A DNA stretch of 64,000 bases from an uncultured Bacillota bacterium (GTDB lineage Bacteria > Bacillota > Clostridia > Peptostreptococcales > Anaerovoracaceae). Numbering within the stretch: position 1 is the first letter of the stretch; the number at the start of each line of letters is the position of its first letter. Made by a program: the position numbers and the translations under genes. Under the pieces are notes generated by a model that was given only the letters and a program-made list of their open reading frames with translations, ran no database searches and had not been told where the DNA came from. Shown here piece after piece: positions 28,302-38,160 of this stretch. The stretch spans positions 37,554 through 101,553 of the forward strand of contig CASFAX010000003.1 in NCBI GenBank assembly GCA_949292945.1. The letters run 5' to 3'.

Positions 28302-29414
28302 ATGAACGATATTTTCTTCAATACGAGAGACCTGGCTGTGGGATATAAGGGTCAGGTTCTCATAAGAGACATAGACATAAGCATAAAGAAAGGTGAAATC
28401 CTGACGCTGATAGGACCAAACGGTTCAGGAAAGTCCACCATTTTGAAGAGTATCACGAAGCATCTTGAAGCCATTAAGGGGGATACCTTTATAACCGACG
28501 CCAGCGTATCCCGAATGACTTTTAAAGAGCTTTCAAAGCTTGTGGCGGTGGTTTTAACGGACAGGCTGAAGCCTGAACTGATGACCTGCCGCGACGTGGT
28601 GGCTACGGGACGGTATCCTTACACAGGAAGTCTGGGAATCCTTTCTGACGACGATGAGAAAAAGGTCACCGAGGTTATGAAGCGGGTTCACACGGAAGAC
28701 CTTGCGGAAAAGGACTTTACCGCCGTAAGCGACGGGCAGAAGCAGAGAATACTCCTTGCGAGGGCGATATGCCAGGAACCTGAGGTCATAGTTCTGGACG
28801 AGCCTACGTCCTTTCTCGATATAAAGCACAAGCTTGAGCTTTTAAATATCCTGAGGGAGATGGCAAAGGAGAAGAACATAACCGTAATAATGTCTCTTCA
28901 TGAAATAGATCTGGCGCAAAAGATTTCCGATAAGGTTATGTGCGTTTCGGGAGAGGTGATAAAGAACTTCGGAACTCCCGATGAGATATTTAAAGCAGAT
29001 ATTATAAGAGACCTCTACGATATTACGGACGGAGTATACAACATCGAGTTCGGAAGCGTTGAGCTTCCCGCGTCAAAGGGCGAGCCTGATGTGTTCGTGA
29101 TTTCCTCTTGCGGTAAGGGAATAAACCTTTTCAGGCAGCTTCAAAAGGACGATTTATCTTTTTATGCTGGGATTATCTATACAAACGATATAGACTACGT
29201 TGTGGCAAAATCCCTCGCTTCGGAGGTGTTTTCGGAAAAGCCTTTTATGCCAATATCGGATGAGGTTTACGAGAAAGCCGTAAGAGCCATGAAAAATTGC
29301 AGCCGCATTATAAATGCGGGAGTTGAGATCGGAGAGTGCAACAGAAGGCTTGCCGATTTGATACGGATTGCCGAGAAAAGCGGAAAACTTGAAAATGCCG
29401 GAGATAAAATATGA
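28302..29414 (+). CDS. btuD: ABC ATPase (BtuD/FecE type) with an extra C-terminal domain of about 115 aa
   Basis: Walker A GPNGSGKST, signature VSDGQKQR and Walker B VIVLDEPTS, plus an additional domain from aa 256 (nt 29067) onward. Confidence 0.85.
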   Translation: MNDIFFNTRDLAVGYKGQVLIRDIDISIKKGEILTLIGPNGSGKSTILKSITKHLEAIKGDTFITDASVSRMTFKELSKLVAVVLTDRLKPELMTCRDVVATGRYPYTGSLGILSDDDEKKVTEVMKRVHTEDLAEKDFTAVSDGQKQRILLARAICQEPEVIVLDEPTSFLDIKHKLELLNILREMAKEKNITVIMSLHEIDLAQKISDKVMCVSGEVIKNFGTPDEIFKADIIRDLYDITDGVYNIEFGSVELPASKGEPDVFVISSCGKGINLFRQLQKDDLSFYAGIIYTNDIDYVVAKSLASEVFSEKPFMPISDEVYEKAVRAMKNCSRIINAGVEIGECNRRLADLIRIAEKSGKLENAGDKI

Positions 29415-30559
29415 CCGAAAAGGATTATGTGATAAAAAATGCCGAAAAATTAAGGTGCGGATATACTACGGGAAGCTGCGCCGCGGCTGCTGCCGCGGCT
29501 TCCGCGGAAATGGCGCTGACAGGCAAAAAATCATGGGGGGCGAGGATAAGGCTCCCACGCGGTGAAGAAGTGCTTTTTACTGTAAACAATCAGGAGATTT
29601 CGCAGGTGTCTGCACGGTGCTCCGTGACTAAGGACGGTGGGGACGATCCTGACGTGACAAGCGGTCTTGAGATATTTGCAGATGTAAAGCTTTCAGAAGA
29701 TAACAGGTTTTGTCGCGAAGCCGAAATCATCGTAGACGGAGGTGAGGGCGTTGGCAGAGTGACAAAGGCGGGGCTTAGAGTGCCCGTAGGCAAAGCCGCC
29801 ATAAATCCGGTTCCTCTTAAGATGATAGAAAAAAGCGTGTCGAATGTGCTGGAAAAGCACGGATTCAAGGGAAGCGCCGAGGTGATAATATCAGTACCGA
29901 AAGGCGCGGAAACGGCTCTTAAAACCTTTAATCACAGGCTAGGAATAGAAGGCGGCATTTCAATTCTTGGAACTACGGGGGTGGTGGAACCTATGAGCGA
30001 AAAAGCGCTGGTGGACACCATAAGGACGGAGATAGATTTTCATAAGGCGGCGGACAGGGAGAAAATCCTCATAACGCCGGGAAATTTCGGAAGTGATTTC
30101 ATAAGAGAGTATATGGGAATAGACATTACGAAAGCCGTTCAGTGCTCTAACTACATAGGGGAGACGTTGGATTATATAAGGTATTCGGGACTTAAGAAGA
30201 TACTTTTAGTGGGTCATACAGGCAAGCTCATAAAGCTTGCCGCAGGGATAATGAACACCCACTCGTCCTATGCGGACGGTCGCATGGAGGTCATAGCAAC
30301 TCACGCTGCCATGGCAGGGGCGGACAGGAAAGAAGTTTGCAGGATAATGAACTGCATTACCACAGATGAAGCAATGGATGTTATAAGAGGTGAAAGCTTT
30401 TACGGGCATGTGAAGAAATCCATCATGGAAAAGGCTTTGGATCATCTCAATTTCAGGCTGAAAAATCAGTGCAGGATAGAGACGATAATGTTTACATCGG
30501 ACAGAAGCCATATCATGAAAAGCGACGGGGCAGATAAGCTTGCAGAGGAATTCATGTAG
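29411..30559 (+). CDS. cbiD: cobalt-precorrin-5B C1-methyltransferase
   Basis: LRCGYTTGSCAAAAAAAS and GTTGVVEPMS motifs. ATGA overlap with the btuD stop. Confidence 0.9.
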   Translation: MTEKDYVIKNAEKLRCGYTTGSCAAAAAAASAEMALTGKKSWGARIRLPRGEEVLFTVNNQEISQVSARCSVTKDGGDDPDVTSGLEIFADVKLSEDNRFCREAEIIVDGGEGVGRVTKAGLRVPVGKAAINPVPLKMIEKSVSNVLEKHGFKGSAEVIISVPKGAETALKTFNHRLGIEGGISILGTTGVVEPMSEKALVDTIRTEIDFHKAADREKILITPGNFGSDFIREYMGIDITKAVQCSNYIGETLDYIRYSGLKKILLVGHTGKLIKLAAGIMNTHSSYADGRMEVIATHAAMAGADRKEVCRIMNCITTDEAMDVIRGESFYGHVKKSIMEKALDHLNFRLKNQCRIETIMFTSDRSHIMKSDGADKLAEEFM

Positions 30560-30568
30560 GAGGACATT

Positions 30569-31252
30569 TTGGAAAGAGGAAAATTTTACGCCGTTGGAAC
30601 GGGACCGGGAAATCCTGAACTTCTGACGCTTAAGGCGGTCAGGGTGATGAATGAGTGCCCGGTAATCGCAGCCGCCGAAAGTCGCGGAACGGAGAATATC
30701 GCCCTTAAAACGGCGTCAGAATATATAAAGGGTAAGGAGATAATCATGTGCGACATGCCCATGACAAGAGATGAGAGAGAGCTTGACAGGGTTCACGATG
30801 AAACTGCAGTGAGGATGGCGGGGATTCTGGATTCGGGAAAGAATATAGCATTTCTGACTCTGGGGGATCCTGCCGTATACAGCAGCGTCATGTACGTGTT
30901 TGAGAGGATAAGGAAGATGGGATATGAAGCTGAGATGATACCGGGGATTACTTCATTTTCCGCGGCAGCGGCGGCTTTAAAGGAAGCTTTGTGCGAAAGA
31001 GCGGAGCCCCTTCACATAATCCCTGCATCCTATAAAGGCGAGGAATTTGACGACCTTTGCGGAACAAAAATATACATGAAGTCGGGTAAAAGACTCTCAG
31101 CCCTGAGGGAAAGGCTGCGGGGCAGAGGCGCTGTGATGGTGGAAAATGCTTCCATGGAAAACGAGAGAGTATATAACAGCTTTGATGAGGCAGAAGGCAG
31201 TCACGGATATTTTTCTCTGGTGATATTGCCTGCCGAAGGAGGTAGCAAATAG
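30569..31252 (+). CDS. cbiL: cobalt-precorrin-2 C20-methyltransferase
   Basis: YAVGTGPGNPELLTLKAV and LTLGDPAVYSS. Length and gene order fit CbiL. TTG start as in the ORF track. Confidence 0.82.
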   Translation: MERGKFYAVGTGPGNPELLTLKAVRVMNECPVIAAAESRGTENIALKTASEYIKGKEIIMCDMPMTRDERELDRVHDETAVRMAGILDSGKNIAFLTLGDPAVYSSVMYVFERIRKMGYEAEMIPGITSFSAAAAALKEALCERAEPLHIIPASYKGEEFDDLCGTKIYMKSGKRLSALRERLRGRGAVMVENASMENERVYNSFDEAEGSHGYFSLVILPAEGGSK

Positions 31253-32002
31253 ATGGTATATTTCATAGGAGCGGGTCCGGGTGCTGCGGATCTCATAACG
31301 GTAAGAGGGGCTGAACTTTTAAAGAGGGCTGACGTTATCATATATACAGGTTCCCTTGTGAACCCTCAGCTTCTGGACTACGCAAAAGAATCATGCAAAA
31401 TATATAACAGCGCGTCCATGACCCTGGAAGAAGTAATCGATGTGATGAAGGAAAACCGAGGCAGAGAAGTGGTGAGACTTCATACGGGAGACCCTTGCAT
31501 ATACGGAGCCATAAGAGAGCAGATGGACGTTCTCGATGAGCTTAATATAGAATACACTTCCGTTCCCGGGGTAAGCTCCTTTATCGGAGCAGCCGCGGCT
31601 TTAAATGCCGAGTTCACCCTGCCAGATGTGAGCCAGACGGTTATCCTGACGAGAATGGCAGGAAGAACGCCTGTGCCTGAAAAGGAAGAAATATCAAAGC
31701 TTGCAGCCCATGGGGCCACCATGGTCATATTTCTGACCTCCACCATGCTCTACGAGCTTTCGGAAAGGCTCATAGCGGGAGGATATGCTCCAGATTCTCC
31801 TGCTGCCATAGTCTACAAGGCTACATGGCCTGACGAAAAGGTTATAAGGACGACGGTGGAAAACATCGGCAAAGCAGCTGAAGAAAATGGAATAAACAAG
31901 ATGGCTCTCATAATGGTGGGAGGCTTCCTCGGGACAAAATACGAACGCTCAAAGCTCTACGATCCGGCATTCACTCACCTTTTCAGAGAGGCGTCTAAGT
32001 GA
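31253..32002 (+). CDS. cbiF: cobalt-precorrin-4 C11-methyltransferase
   Basis: VYFIGAGPGAADLITVRG and HTGDPCIYGA. 249 aa. Confidence 0.88.
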   Translation: MVYFIGAGPGAADLITVRGAELLKRADVIIYTGSLVNPQLLDYAKESCKIYNSASMTLEEVIDVMKENRGREVVRLHTGDPCIYGAIREQMDVLDELNIEYTSVPGVSSFIGAAAALNAEFTLPDVSQTVILTRMAGRTPVPEKEEISKLAAHGATMVIFLTSTMLYELSERLIAGGYAPDSPAAIVYKATWPDEKVIRTTVENIGKAAEENGINKMALIMVGGFLGTKYERSKLYDPAFTHLFREASK

Positions 32003-33033
32003 TGAAATATCGCAGAGCAGCTGTAATTGCATACACAGACAATGCCATGGCCCTGGGAGAAAAAGCGGCTGTTTTTTTCAGGCTCTCTGGATTTCAGGCT
32101 GAGGTGATCGACGGAAGAAAGACGAAGGTCTCTCTCGAAATGGAAAGGCTTTTCTCAAAGTGTGAAGCCATACTCTTTGTTTCGGCTGCGGGTATTGCCG
32201 TGAGGATGATAGCGCCGCATATAAAGGCCAAGGATAAGGACCCTGCCGTAATAGTAATGGATGAGGGCGGAAATTTCGTCATATCTCTCCTTTCGGGCCA
32301 CCTTGGCGGCGCTAACGAAATAGCGACCGCTATCGGAAGCGCTTTCGGAGCCGAGCCTGTAATCACCACGGCAACTGACGTCAGCGGAAGGTTCGCGGTG
32401 GATGTGTGGACGAAGAAGGCGGGCTGCGTCATAGAAAATGTTGGAGCGATAAAGTACATATCAGCCGCCGTTCTTAAAGGTGAGAAGGTGTGCTTTCATT
32501 CAGACTTTGACGTTAAAGGGCGCTTACCCGAAGAGCTTACGGAAGAACCTGCGGGAGATACCGGAATATCGGTAAGCCTTTGGGGAAAGGAAAAACCTTT
32601 TAAGGAAACCCTGAATGCAGTTCCCCGCGTAGTCTCCGTGGGAGCGGGGTGCAGGCGGGATACTGATCCCGCAAGGTTTAAAGAGTTCATCTTAAAAAAC
32701 CTTGAAGATAACAGGATTTCCGTAAAGACTTTAGAGAGCATTTCCTCCATAGAGCTTAAAAAGGACGAGACTTGCATGAAGGAGTTTGCCCATGAGTTTG
32801 ATATTCCTTTCAAAACTTATACGGCAGAGGAGCTTAACGGAGCGGGAAGAGAGGATTCGGCAGGCTACGCGTTCGGTTCATCAGACTTCGTGAAAAAAAC
32901 GGTCGGAACGGATAACGTGTGCGAGAAAAGCGCATTCCTGTCTTCGGGACGCGGCAAGATCATACTCAAAAAGACAGGCCATGACGGAATGACGGTTTCC
33001 CTCGCGCTGAGGGACTGGAAGTGCGAGTTTTAA
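31999..33033 (+). CDS. cbiG: cobalt-precorrin-5A hydrolase
   Basis: Two-part CbiG layout: SAAGIAVRMIAP in the N-terminal half and VSVGAGCRRDT in the C-terminal half. It overlaps the cbiF stop. Confidence 0.85.
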   Translation: MMKYRRAAVIAYTDNAMALGEKAAVFFRLSGFQAEVIDGRKTKVSLEMERLFSKCEAILFVSAAGIAVRMIAPHIKAKDKDPAVIVMDEGGNFVISLLSGHLGGANEIATAIGSAFGAEPVITTATDVSGRFAVDVWTKKAGCVIENVGAIKYISAAVLKGEKVCFHSDFDVKGRLPEELTEEPAGDTGISVSLWGKEKPFKETLNAVPRVVSVGAGCRRDTDPARFKEFILKNLEDNRISVKTLESISSIELKKDETCMKEFAHEFDIPFKTYTAEELNGAGREDSAGYAFGSSDFVKKTVGTDNVCEKSAFLSSGRGKIILKKTGHDGMTVSLALRDWKCEF

Positions 33034-33088
33034 GCCTTTGTCCCGTGCATGTTGAATATATGAAAAAAGCGAAAGAGAGCAGAGAAAT

Positions 33089-33820
33089 ATGAAAATTTAC
33101 GTAGTCGGCATAGGTCCCGGCGGAGAGGGGTACATAACTCCTGTCGCAAGGGAAGCCATAGAAAAAAGCGATGTGGTGGTAGGCTACACCGTATACGTCG
33201 ACTTGATAAAAAATCTTACAGGAGATAAAGAAACAAAAACCACCGCCATGAAGCAGGAGGTGGAAAGATGCCGCATGGCTTTAGAGGAGTGTCTAAAGGG
33301 AAAAGATGTGGCGTTCGTGTGCAGCGGAGATGCGGGAGTCTACGGCATGGCGGGAATAATGTGCGAGGTGGCTGAAGACTATCCTGATGTAGATATAGAA
33401 GTAATCCCCGGAATTACTGCGGCGTGCAGCGGAGGAGCGGTTTTGGGCGCTCCGCTGATTCACGATTTTGCCGTAATCTCGTTAAGCGATCTTCTCACGC
33501 CCTGGGAGATGATTGAAAAGAGAATTTCTCTGGCGGCGGAGGGGGATTTCGTAATATGCCTTTACAACCCTAAGAGCAAAAAGAGAGTGACACACCTTGA
33601 CAGAGCGGTAGAACTCATAGAAAAGCACAGAGCGGGCGATACCCCTTGCGGATATGTGAAAAACATCGGGCGTGACGGAGAAACCGGCGTCATATGCACC
33701 TTGAAAGAGCTTTCCGGTAATGACGACATAGACATGTTCACCACGGTTTTCATAGGGAACTCGTCCACTAAGGTGATAAACGGAAAACTGGTTACGCCGA
33801 GGGGATATAAAGGTGTGTAG
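33089..33820 (+). CDS. cbiH: cobalt-precorrin-3B C17-methyltransferase
   Basis: IYVVGIGPGG and SGDAGVYGMAG. 243 aa. Confidence 0.88.
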   Translation: MKIYVVGIGPGGEGYITPVAREAIEKSDVVVGYTVYVDLIKNLTGDKETKTTAMKQEVERCRMALEECLKGKDVAFVCSGDAGVYGMAGIMCEVAEDYPDVDIEVIPGITAACSGGAVLGAPLIHDFAVISLSDLLTPWEMIEKRISLAAEGDFVICLYNPKSKKRVTHLDRAVELIEKHRAGDTPCGYVKNIGRDGETGVICTLKELSGNDDIDMFTTVFIGNSSTKVINGKLVTPRGYKGV

Positions 33821-33824
33821 ACTC

Positions 33825-34616
33825 ATGGATTTTGGGAAATACGGAAAAAGGGCTGCGGTATTTGCGGGAACCTCTGAGGGCAGAGCCATCGGGGAGTTCG
33901 TCCTTGAAAAGGGACTTTCGGCGAAGGTGGACTTTCTCGTAGCTACCGGGTACGGTCAGGAAATATTGGAAGAAGAAGGAAGCCTCATGGTCTTTTCGGG
34001 GAGGCTCAATGAAGGCGAGATGGAAGATTTCTTTTCACACCGCCGGATTTCTCTGGTAATAGACGCCACTCACCCCTACGCCACAGCAGTAACGGAAAAC
34101 ATAAAAGCCGCCTGCAGCAGGGCGGGAATCGAATGCGTACGGGTCACAAGAGGCGGTGATGAAGTTTTTGAAGGCAAAGGCGCCGAGAACATAACCTTCG
34201 TTAACAGCGTGGAAGAAGCTGCGCGGGCGGTAAGCGAGCTGGGGCTTAAGACCCTCGTTACCACCGGCTCTAAGGAGATTGCATCCTTTGGCGAGGTGAA
34301 AAATGCGTCTGAAATTGTAGTCGCAAGAGTGCTTCCGAGCGTAGACTCCATAAACGCCTGTTTAAAGGCGGGGATCATGCCGAAAAACATAATCGGAATG
34401 CAGGGACCCTTTACACTGGAGATGAACCTTGCCACGTTAAGGCAGTACGGCTGCGGAGCCCTCGTCACCAAGGAGACGGGAAAAGCGGGAGGCTTTGCAG
34501 ACAAAGCGGAGTGCGCGAAGCTTGGATATAATGTTATCGTAGTGAGAAAACCTGAGGGAGAGACGGGAGTTTCCCTGAAAGAAGCAAAGAATAAGCTTTG
34601 GGAAGAAATGAAATGA
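33825..34616 (+). CDS. cbiJ: cobalt-precorrin-6A reductase
   Basis: AVFAGTSEGR, IDATHPYA and KETGKAGG. GTG 33813 (the track start) is an alternative start. Confidence 0.85.
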   Translation: MDFGKYGKRAAVFAGTSEGRAIGEFVLEKGLSAKVDFLVATGYGQEILEEEGSLMVFSGRLNEGEMEDFFSHRRISLVIDATHPYATAVTENIKAACSRAGIECVRVTRGGDEVFEGKGAENITFVNSVEEAARAVSELGLKTLVTTGSKEIASFGEVKNASEIVVARVLPSVDSINACLKAGIMPKNIIGMQGPFTLEMNLATLRQYGCGALVTKETGKAGGFADKAECAKLGYNVIVVRKPEGETGVSLKEAKNKLWEEMK

Positions 34617-35821
34617 TGAAGATTACAGTGGCAGGTGCAGGATGCGGCAGTAAAATGCTTTACACGGAGGAGTTTAAGGATGCTATAAGGAAGGCGGATT
34701 TAGTCCTGACATCTCTTAAAGACATTTCAGAGCTGATCCTGTTAAACGAAAACGTGAAAACTGTGTCCGTGACGGACACCATAGAATACATAAGAGAAAA
34801 CGAGGACAGAAACGTAAATCTCTGCGTGTGTGCTTCGGGAGATACGGGCTTTTACAGCATAGCAAGGATAATAAAGAAAAGCGTCAAGGGCACGGGGGAG
34901 TTAACTTTCCTTCCCGCCGTAGGGAGCCTTTCGTATTTCTGCGCAAAAATAGGCATGGGCTACGAGAATATGAAGCTTGTGAGCCTTCACGGACGGGATA
35001 AGTCCATAGTCCCTTACGTCTGCTATAACGAGTACGTGTTCGCCCTGACAGGCGGAAAAGTTAAAGTGCAGGACCTGGCGGTTCAGCTCGTACGGGCAGG
35101 TTTTGGAGATGAGCTTACTCTTTACATTGGGGAGAATCTCAGCCTTGACGGGGAGAGAATCGTTACCGGAACTCCCGGGGAAATCGCCTCTATGGAATTT
35201 TCAGACCTTGCCGTAGTTGTAATACATAATCCGAATTACGTAAATCGACACAGGACGCTCAGAGATTCCGATTTTCTCAGGGCCAAAGTGCCTATGACAA
35301 AGGAAGCAGTCAGAACCCTTGCTGTCTCTGAGCTTGACATCGTGCCGGAGGATGTGGTGTGGGACATAGGGGCGGGAACAGGATCGGTTACGTGTGCTCT
35401 CTGCTATAAGGCTTGTGAAAGCACCGTCTACGCCCTTGAAAAAAATCCTTACGCCTGTGAACTCATAGAAAAAAATGCAGCTCACACCGGAGCGAGAAAC
35501 GTGAAGGTCGCCTGCGGGACGGCCCCTGATGATTTAGCCGGTTTTCCAAGCCCCGACAAGGTCTTCATAGGCGGAAGCAGCGGACGGATGGATGAAATAT
35601 TAGATTTGATATTAAAGGCTAATCCGAAGGCGGTAATCTGCGCTACGGCCGTTACCCTTGAAAGCCTTGACGCCATACTGAAGGGGTTTAAGGAAAGAGG
35701 CATGGATTATACGGTAAAGTGCGTAAACGTAAGCGCTGCTGAAAAGCTGGGATCATATCACCTGATGAGAGCCGAAAACCCGGTTTACATTCTGAAAGGA
35801 AGCTTTACAGGAAATGAGTAG
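34613..35821 (+). CDS. cbiET: fused CbiE/CbiT precorrin-6Y C5,15-methyltransferase (decarboxylating)
   Basis: An N-terminal tetrapyrrole-methylase half joined to a SAM-MT half with VWDIGAGTGSV. ATG 34613 overlaps the cbiJ stop (ATGA). The track ORF starts at TTG 34598. Confidence 0.85.
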   Translation: MMKITVAGAGCGSKMLYTEEFKDAIRKADLVLTSLKDISELILLNENVKTVSVTDTIEYIRENEDRNVNLCVCASGDTGFYSIARIIKKSVKGTGELTFLPAVGSLSYFCAKIGMGYENMKLVSLHGRDKSIVPYVCYNEYVFALTGGKVKVQDLAVQLVRAGFGDELTLYIGENLSLDGERIVTGTPGEIASMEFSDLAVVVIHNPNYVNRHRTLRDSDFLRAKVPMTKEAVRTLAVSELDIVPEDVVWDIGAGTGSVTCALCYKACESTVYALEKNPYACELIEKNAAHTGARNVKVACGTAPDDLAGFPSPDKVFIGGSSGRMDEILDLILKANPKAVICATAVTLESLDAILKGFKERGMDYTVKCVNVSAAEKLGSYHLMRAENPVYILKGSFTGNE

Positions 35822-37187
35822 GCGTATATTAAATACACCCAGAATTTTAATAACGGGAACGGGAAGCGGCTGCGGTAAGACTACGGTCACCTGCGCCCTG
35901 CTTCAGGCTTTGAAGGAGCGAAAGAAAAATGTCTGCGCCTTCAAATGCGGCCCCGACTACATAGATCCCATGTTTCACAGCCGGGTTATAGGAATCCCTT
36001 CCCGAAACCTGGATATCTTCCTTTGCGGCAAAGAGGGAGTTAAAACACTTCTGGCGGAGAACGCCGGGGGAAGAGACATAGCCGTAATAGAAGGGGCTAT
36101 GGGAATGTACGACGGCATAGGCTTTGACAGCGACGAATATTCGGCAAACCGCACTGCGTTGGCGACTGGGACGCCTGAAATTTTCGTTGTAAACGCGAAA
36201 GGAAAGGGAGCCTCTCTTCTTGCCGAGGTGTCGGGCTACCTTGGATTTATGAAAAACACGGTGAAGGCCGTCATACTCAACGGCTGCTCTGAAGGAATGT
36301 ATCCGACGTATAAGAAGGCCGTAGAAAGGAACTTCGACGTGAAAGTGCTCGGCTTTTTGCCTAGACTTTCTGAGGCAGGTCTTGAGAGCAGACATCTGGG
36401 GCTTATTACGGCAGGAGAAATAGAGGGCCTTGAAAGGAAGCTGAAGATTTTAGGGGAGCAGGCGGAAAAGACCGTCGACATAGAAGAACTTCTTGATATT
36501 GCAGGGCTTGCTGAGCCTTTTGAGGCGGAAATACCGGAAATTGAGCCTGTATCAGACGGGAAGTTCACCGTGGCTGCAGCCTTTGACAAAGCCTTCTGCT
36601 TCTACTACGAGGACAACTTCGACCTTCTGAAAAGGCTGGGGGCGGAAATAGAGTTTTTCTCACCACTTAAGGATGAGCCGGTTCCAGAAGGTGCAAAAGG
36701 CCTCATCTTAGGCGGCGGCTATCCGGAGGAACACCTTGAGGAGCTGAGCAGGACAGAAAGGACCAGAAGCAGCATAGAAAGAGCCGTAAAATCGGGGATG
36801 CCTGTCTGGGCCGAGTGCGGCGGCTTTATGTATCTGGGAAAGAGTATCGAAAAAGACGGAATGGAATATCTCATGGCGGGAGTTCTTGACGGAAAGGCTA
36901 AGATGACAGAAAGACTCGTAAGGTTCGGATATAAGACCCTGACTGCGAGAAGGGATAATATTATGTGCAAGGAAGGACAGTCCATAAAGTGCCACGAATT
37001 TCACTACAGCGACAGCAGTGAAAACGGTGAAGACTTCGATGCAGTGAGAAAGAGCGGAATGAAAAGCCGGTGCATCGTGGCAAAGGATAATATATTTGCC
37101 GGATACCCTCACATACATCTGTGGTCAAATCCGGAGTTTGCAGTCCGCTTTGCCAGAGCGTGCGCAGCTTACGGAGGAGTCCTATGA
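35814..37187 (+). CDS. cbiA: cobyrinate a,c-diamide synthase
   Basis: P-loop ITGTGSGCGKTT and a C-terminal amidotransferase domain with the ECGGFMYLG nucleophile elbow. Confidence 0.9.
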   Translation: MSRRILNTPRILITGTGSGCGKTTVTCALLQALKERKKNVCAFKCGPDYIDPMFHSRVIGIPSRNLDIFLCGKEGVKTLLAENAGGRDIAVIEGAMGMYDGIGFDSDEYSANRTALATGTPEIFVVNAKGKGASLLAEVSGYLGFMKNTVKAVILNGCSEGMYPTYKKAVERNFDVKVLGFLPRLSEAGLESRHLGLITAGEIEGLERKLKILGEQAEKTVDIEELLDIAGLAEPFEAEIPEIEPVSDGKFTVAAAFDKAFCFYYEDNFDLLKRLGAEIEFFSPLKDEPVPEGAKGLILGGGYPEEHLEELSRTERTRSSIERAVKSGMPVWAECGGFMYLGKSIEKDGMEYLMAGVLDGKAKMTERLVRFGYKTLTARRDNIMCKEGQSIKCHEFHYSDSSENGEDFDAVRKSGMKSRCIVAKDNIFAGYPHIHLWSNPEFAVRFARACAAYGGVL

Positions 37188-38149
37188 GCATAGCACTTTC
37201 CATATTGATAGGATTCCTTCTGGACTGCGTCTTCGGTGATCCCAGGCGGTTTCCTCATCCCATATGCCTCATAGGAAATTTCATAAGCTTTATGGAAAAG
37301 GTTCTGAGGAGAATTTTTCCGAAATCGGAAAGGGGAGAGCTTGCGGCAGGAGCTGTTCTTGCGGCAGTGGTGCCGGCGGCAGCTTTTGGGGTATCTTTTG
37401 TCATCCTGATGCTGTGTCAGGCGGTAAGTCCCGTTCTGAAGTTTGCGGTCGAGACTTTTTTCTGCTACCAGATATTTGCCGCAAAGTCCCTAAAGGACGA
37501 AAGCATGAGGGTATACAGGTACGTAGAGGCAGGAGACATAGAAAACTCCAGAAAGTACCTCTCATGGATAGTGGGAAGGGATACGAAGGAGCTGGGCTTT
37601 GAGAAGATAGACAAAGCCGTAGTTGAAACGGTGGCGGAAAACACCTCCGATGGAGTGGTGGCGCCTCTGTTATTCATGGCCATAGGCGGAGCGCTCCTGG
37701 CGTTTTTGTATAAGGGAGTAAACACCCTTGACTCCATGGTGGGATACAAGAACGACAGGTACCTTTACTTTGGCAGGGCATCGGCAAAGCTGGACGATCT
37801 GCTTAACTTCATTCCTGCAAGGCTCACAGGCCTTGCCATGTGCGCAGGGGCGTTTTTCACGGGTCTTGACTTCAGGCAGGCTTTCAGAATATACAGGCGC
37901 GACAGAAAAAACCACTCCAGTCCCAACAGCGCCCATCCGGAGTCTGCCTGTGCGGGAGCCTTAAACGTACAGCTGGGCGGGGACGCTTATTACTTCGGCA
38001 AGCTGTACAGGAAAAAGACCATAGGCGACGATATAAGGCCTGTGGAGAGCGGCGATATAAGGCTTGCCATAAGGCTAATGTATGCCGCATCGGTAATATG
38101 CCTGGGGCTTGCGCTGACGGTACGGATTTTAATATTTGCTGTAATTTGA
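37184..38149 (+). CDS. cbiB: adenosylcobinamide-phosphate synthase
   Basis: GDPRRFPHPI N-terminal motif and a polytopic membrane protein. ATG 37184 overlaps the cbiA stop. The track ORF from 37121 is an upstream extension. Confidence 0.88.
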   Translation: MSIALSILIGFLLDCVFGDPRRFPHPICLIGNFISFMEKVLRRIFPKSERGELAAGAVLAAVVPAAAFGVSFVILMLCQAVSPVLKFAVETFFCYQIFAAKSLKDESMRVYRYVEAGDIENSRKYLSWIVGRDTKELGFEKIDKAVVETVAENTSDGVVAPLLFMAIGGALLAFLYKGVNTLDSMVGYKNDRYLYFGRASAKLDDLLNFIPARLTGLAMCAGAFFTGLDFRQAFRIYRRDRKNHSSPNSAHPESACAGALNVQLGGDAYYFGKLYRKKTIGDDIRPVESGDIRLAIRLMYAASVICLGLALTVRILIFAVI

Positions 38150-38160
38150 AGGATTTTTTG

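Noticed and set aside
37121-38160. Longer 5' versions of cbiB (37121) and cobD (38098) in the ORF track.
   Set aside because: Both extensions overlap the preceding gene out of frame. The internal ATGs (37184 and 38161) give canonical N-termini (MSIALSIL..GDPRRFPHP and [10 protein letters not shown]).
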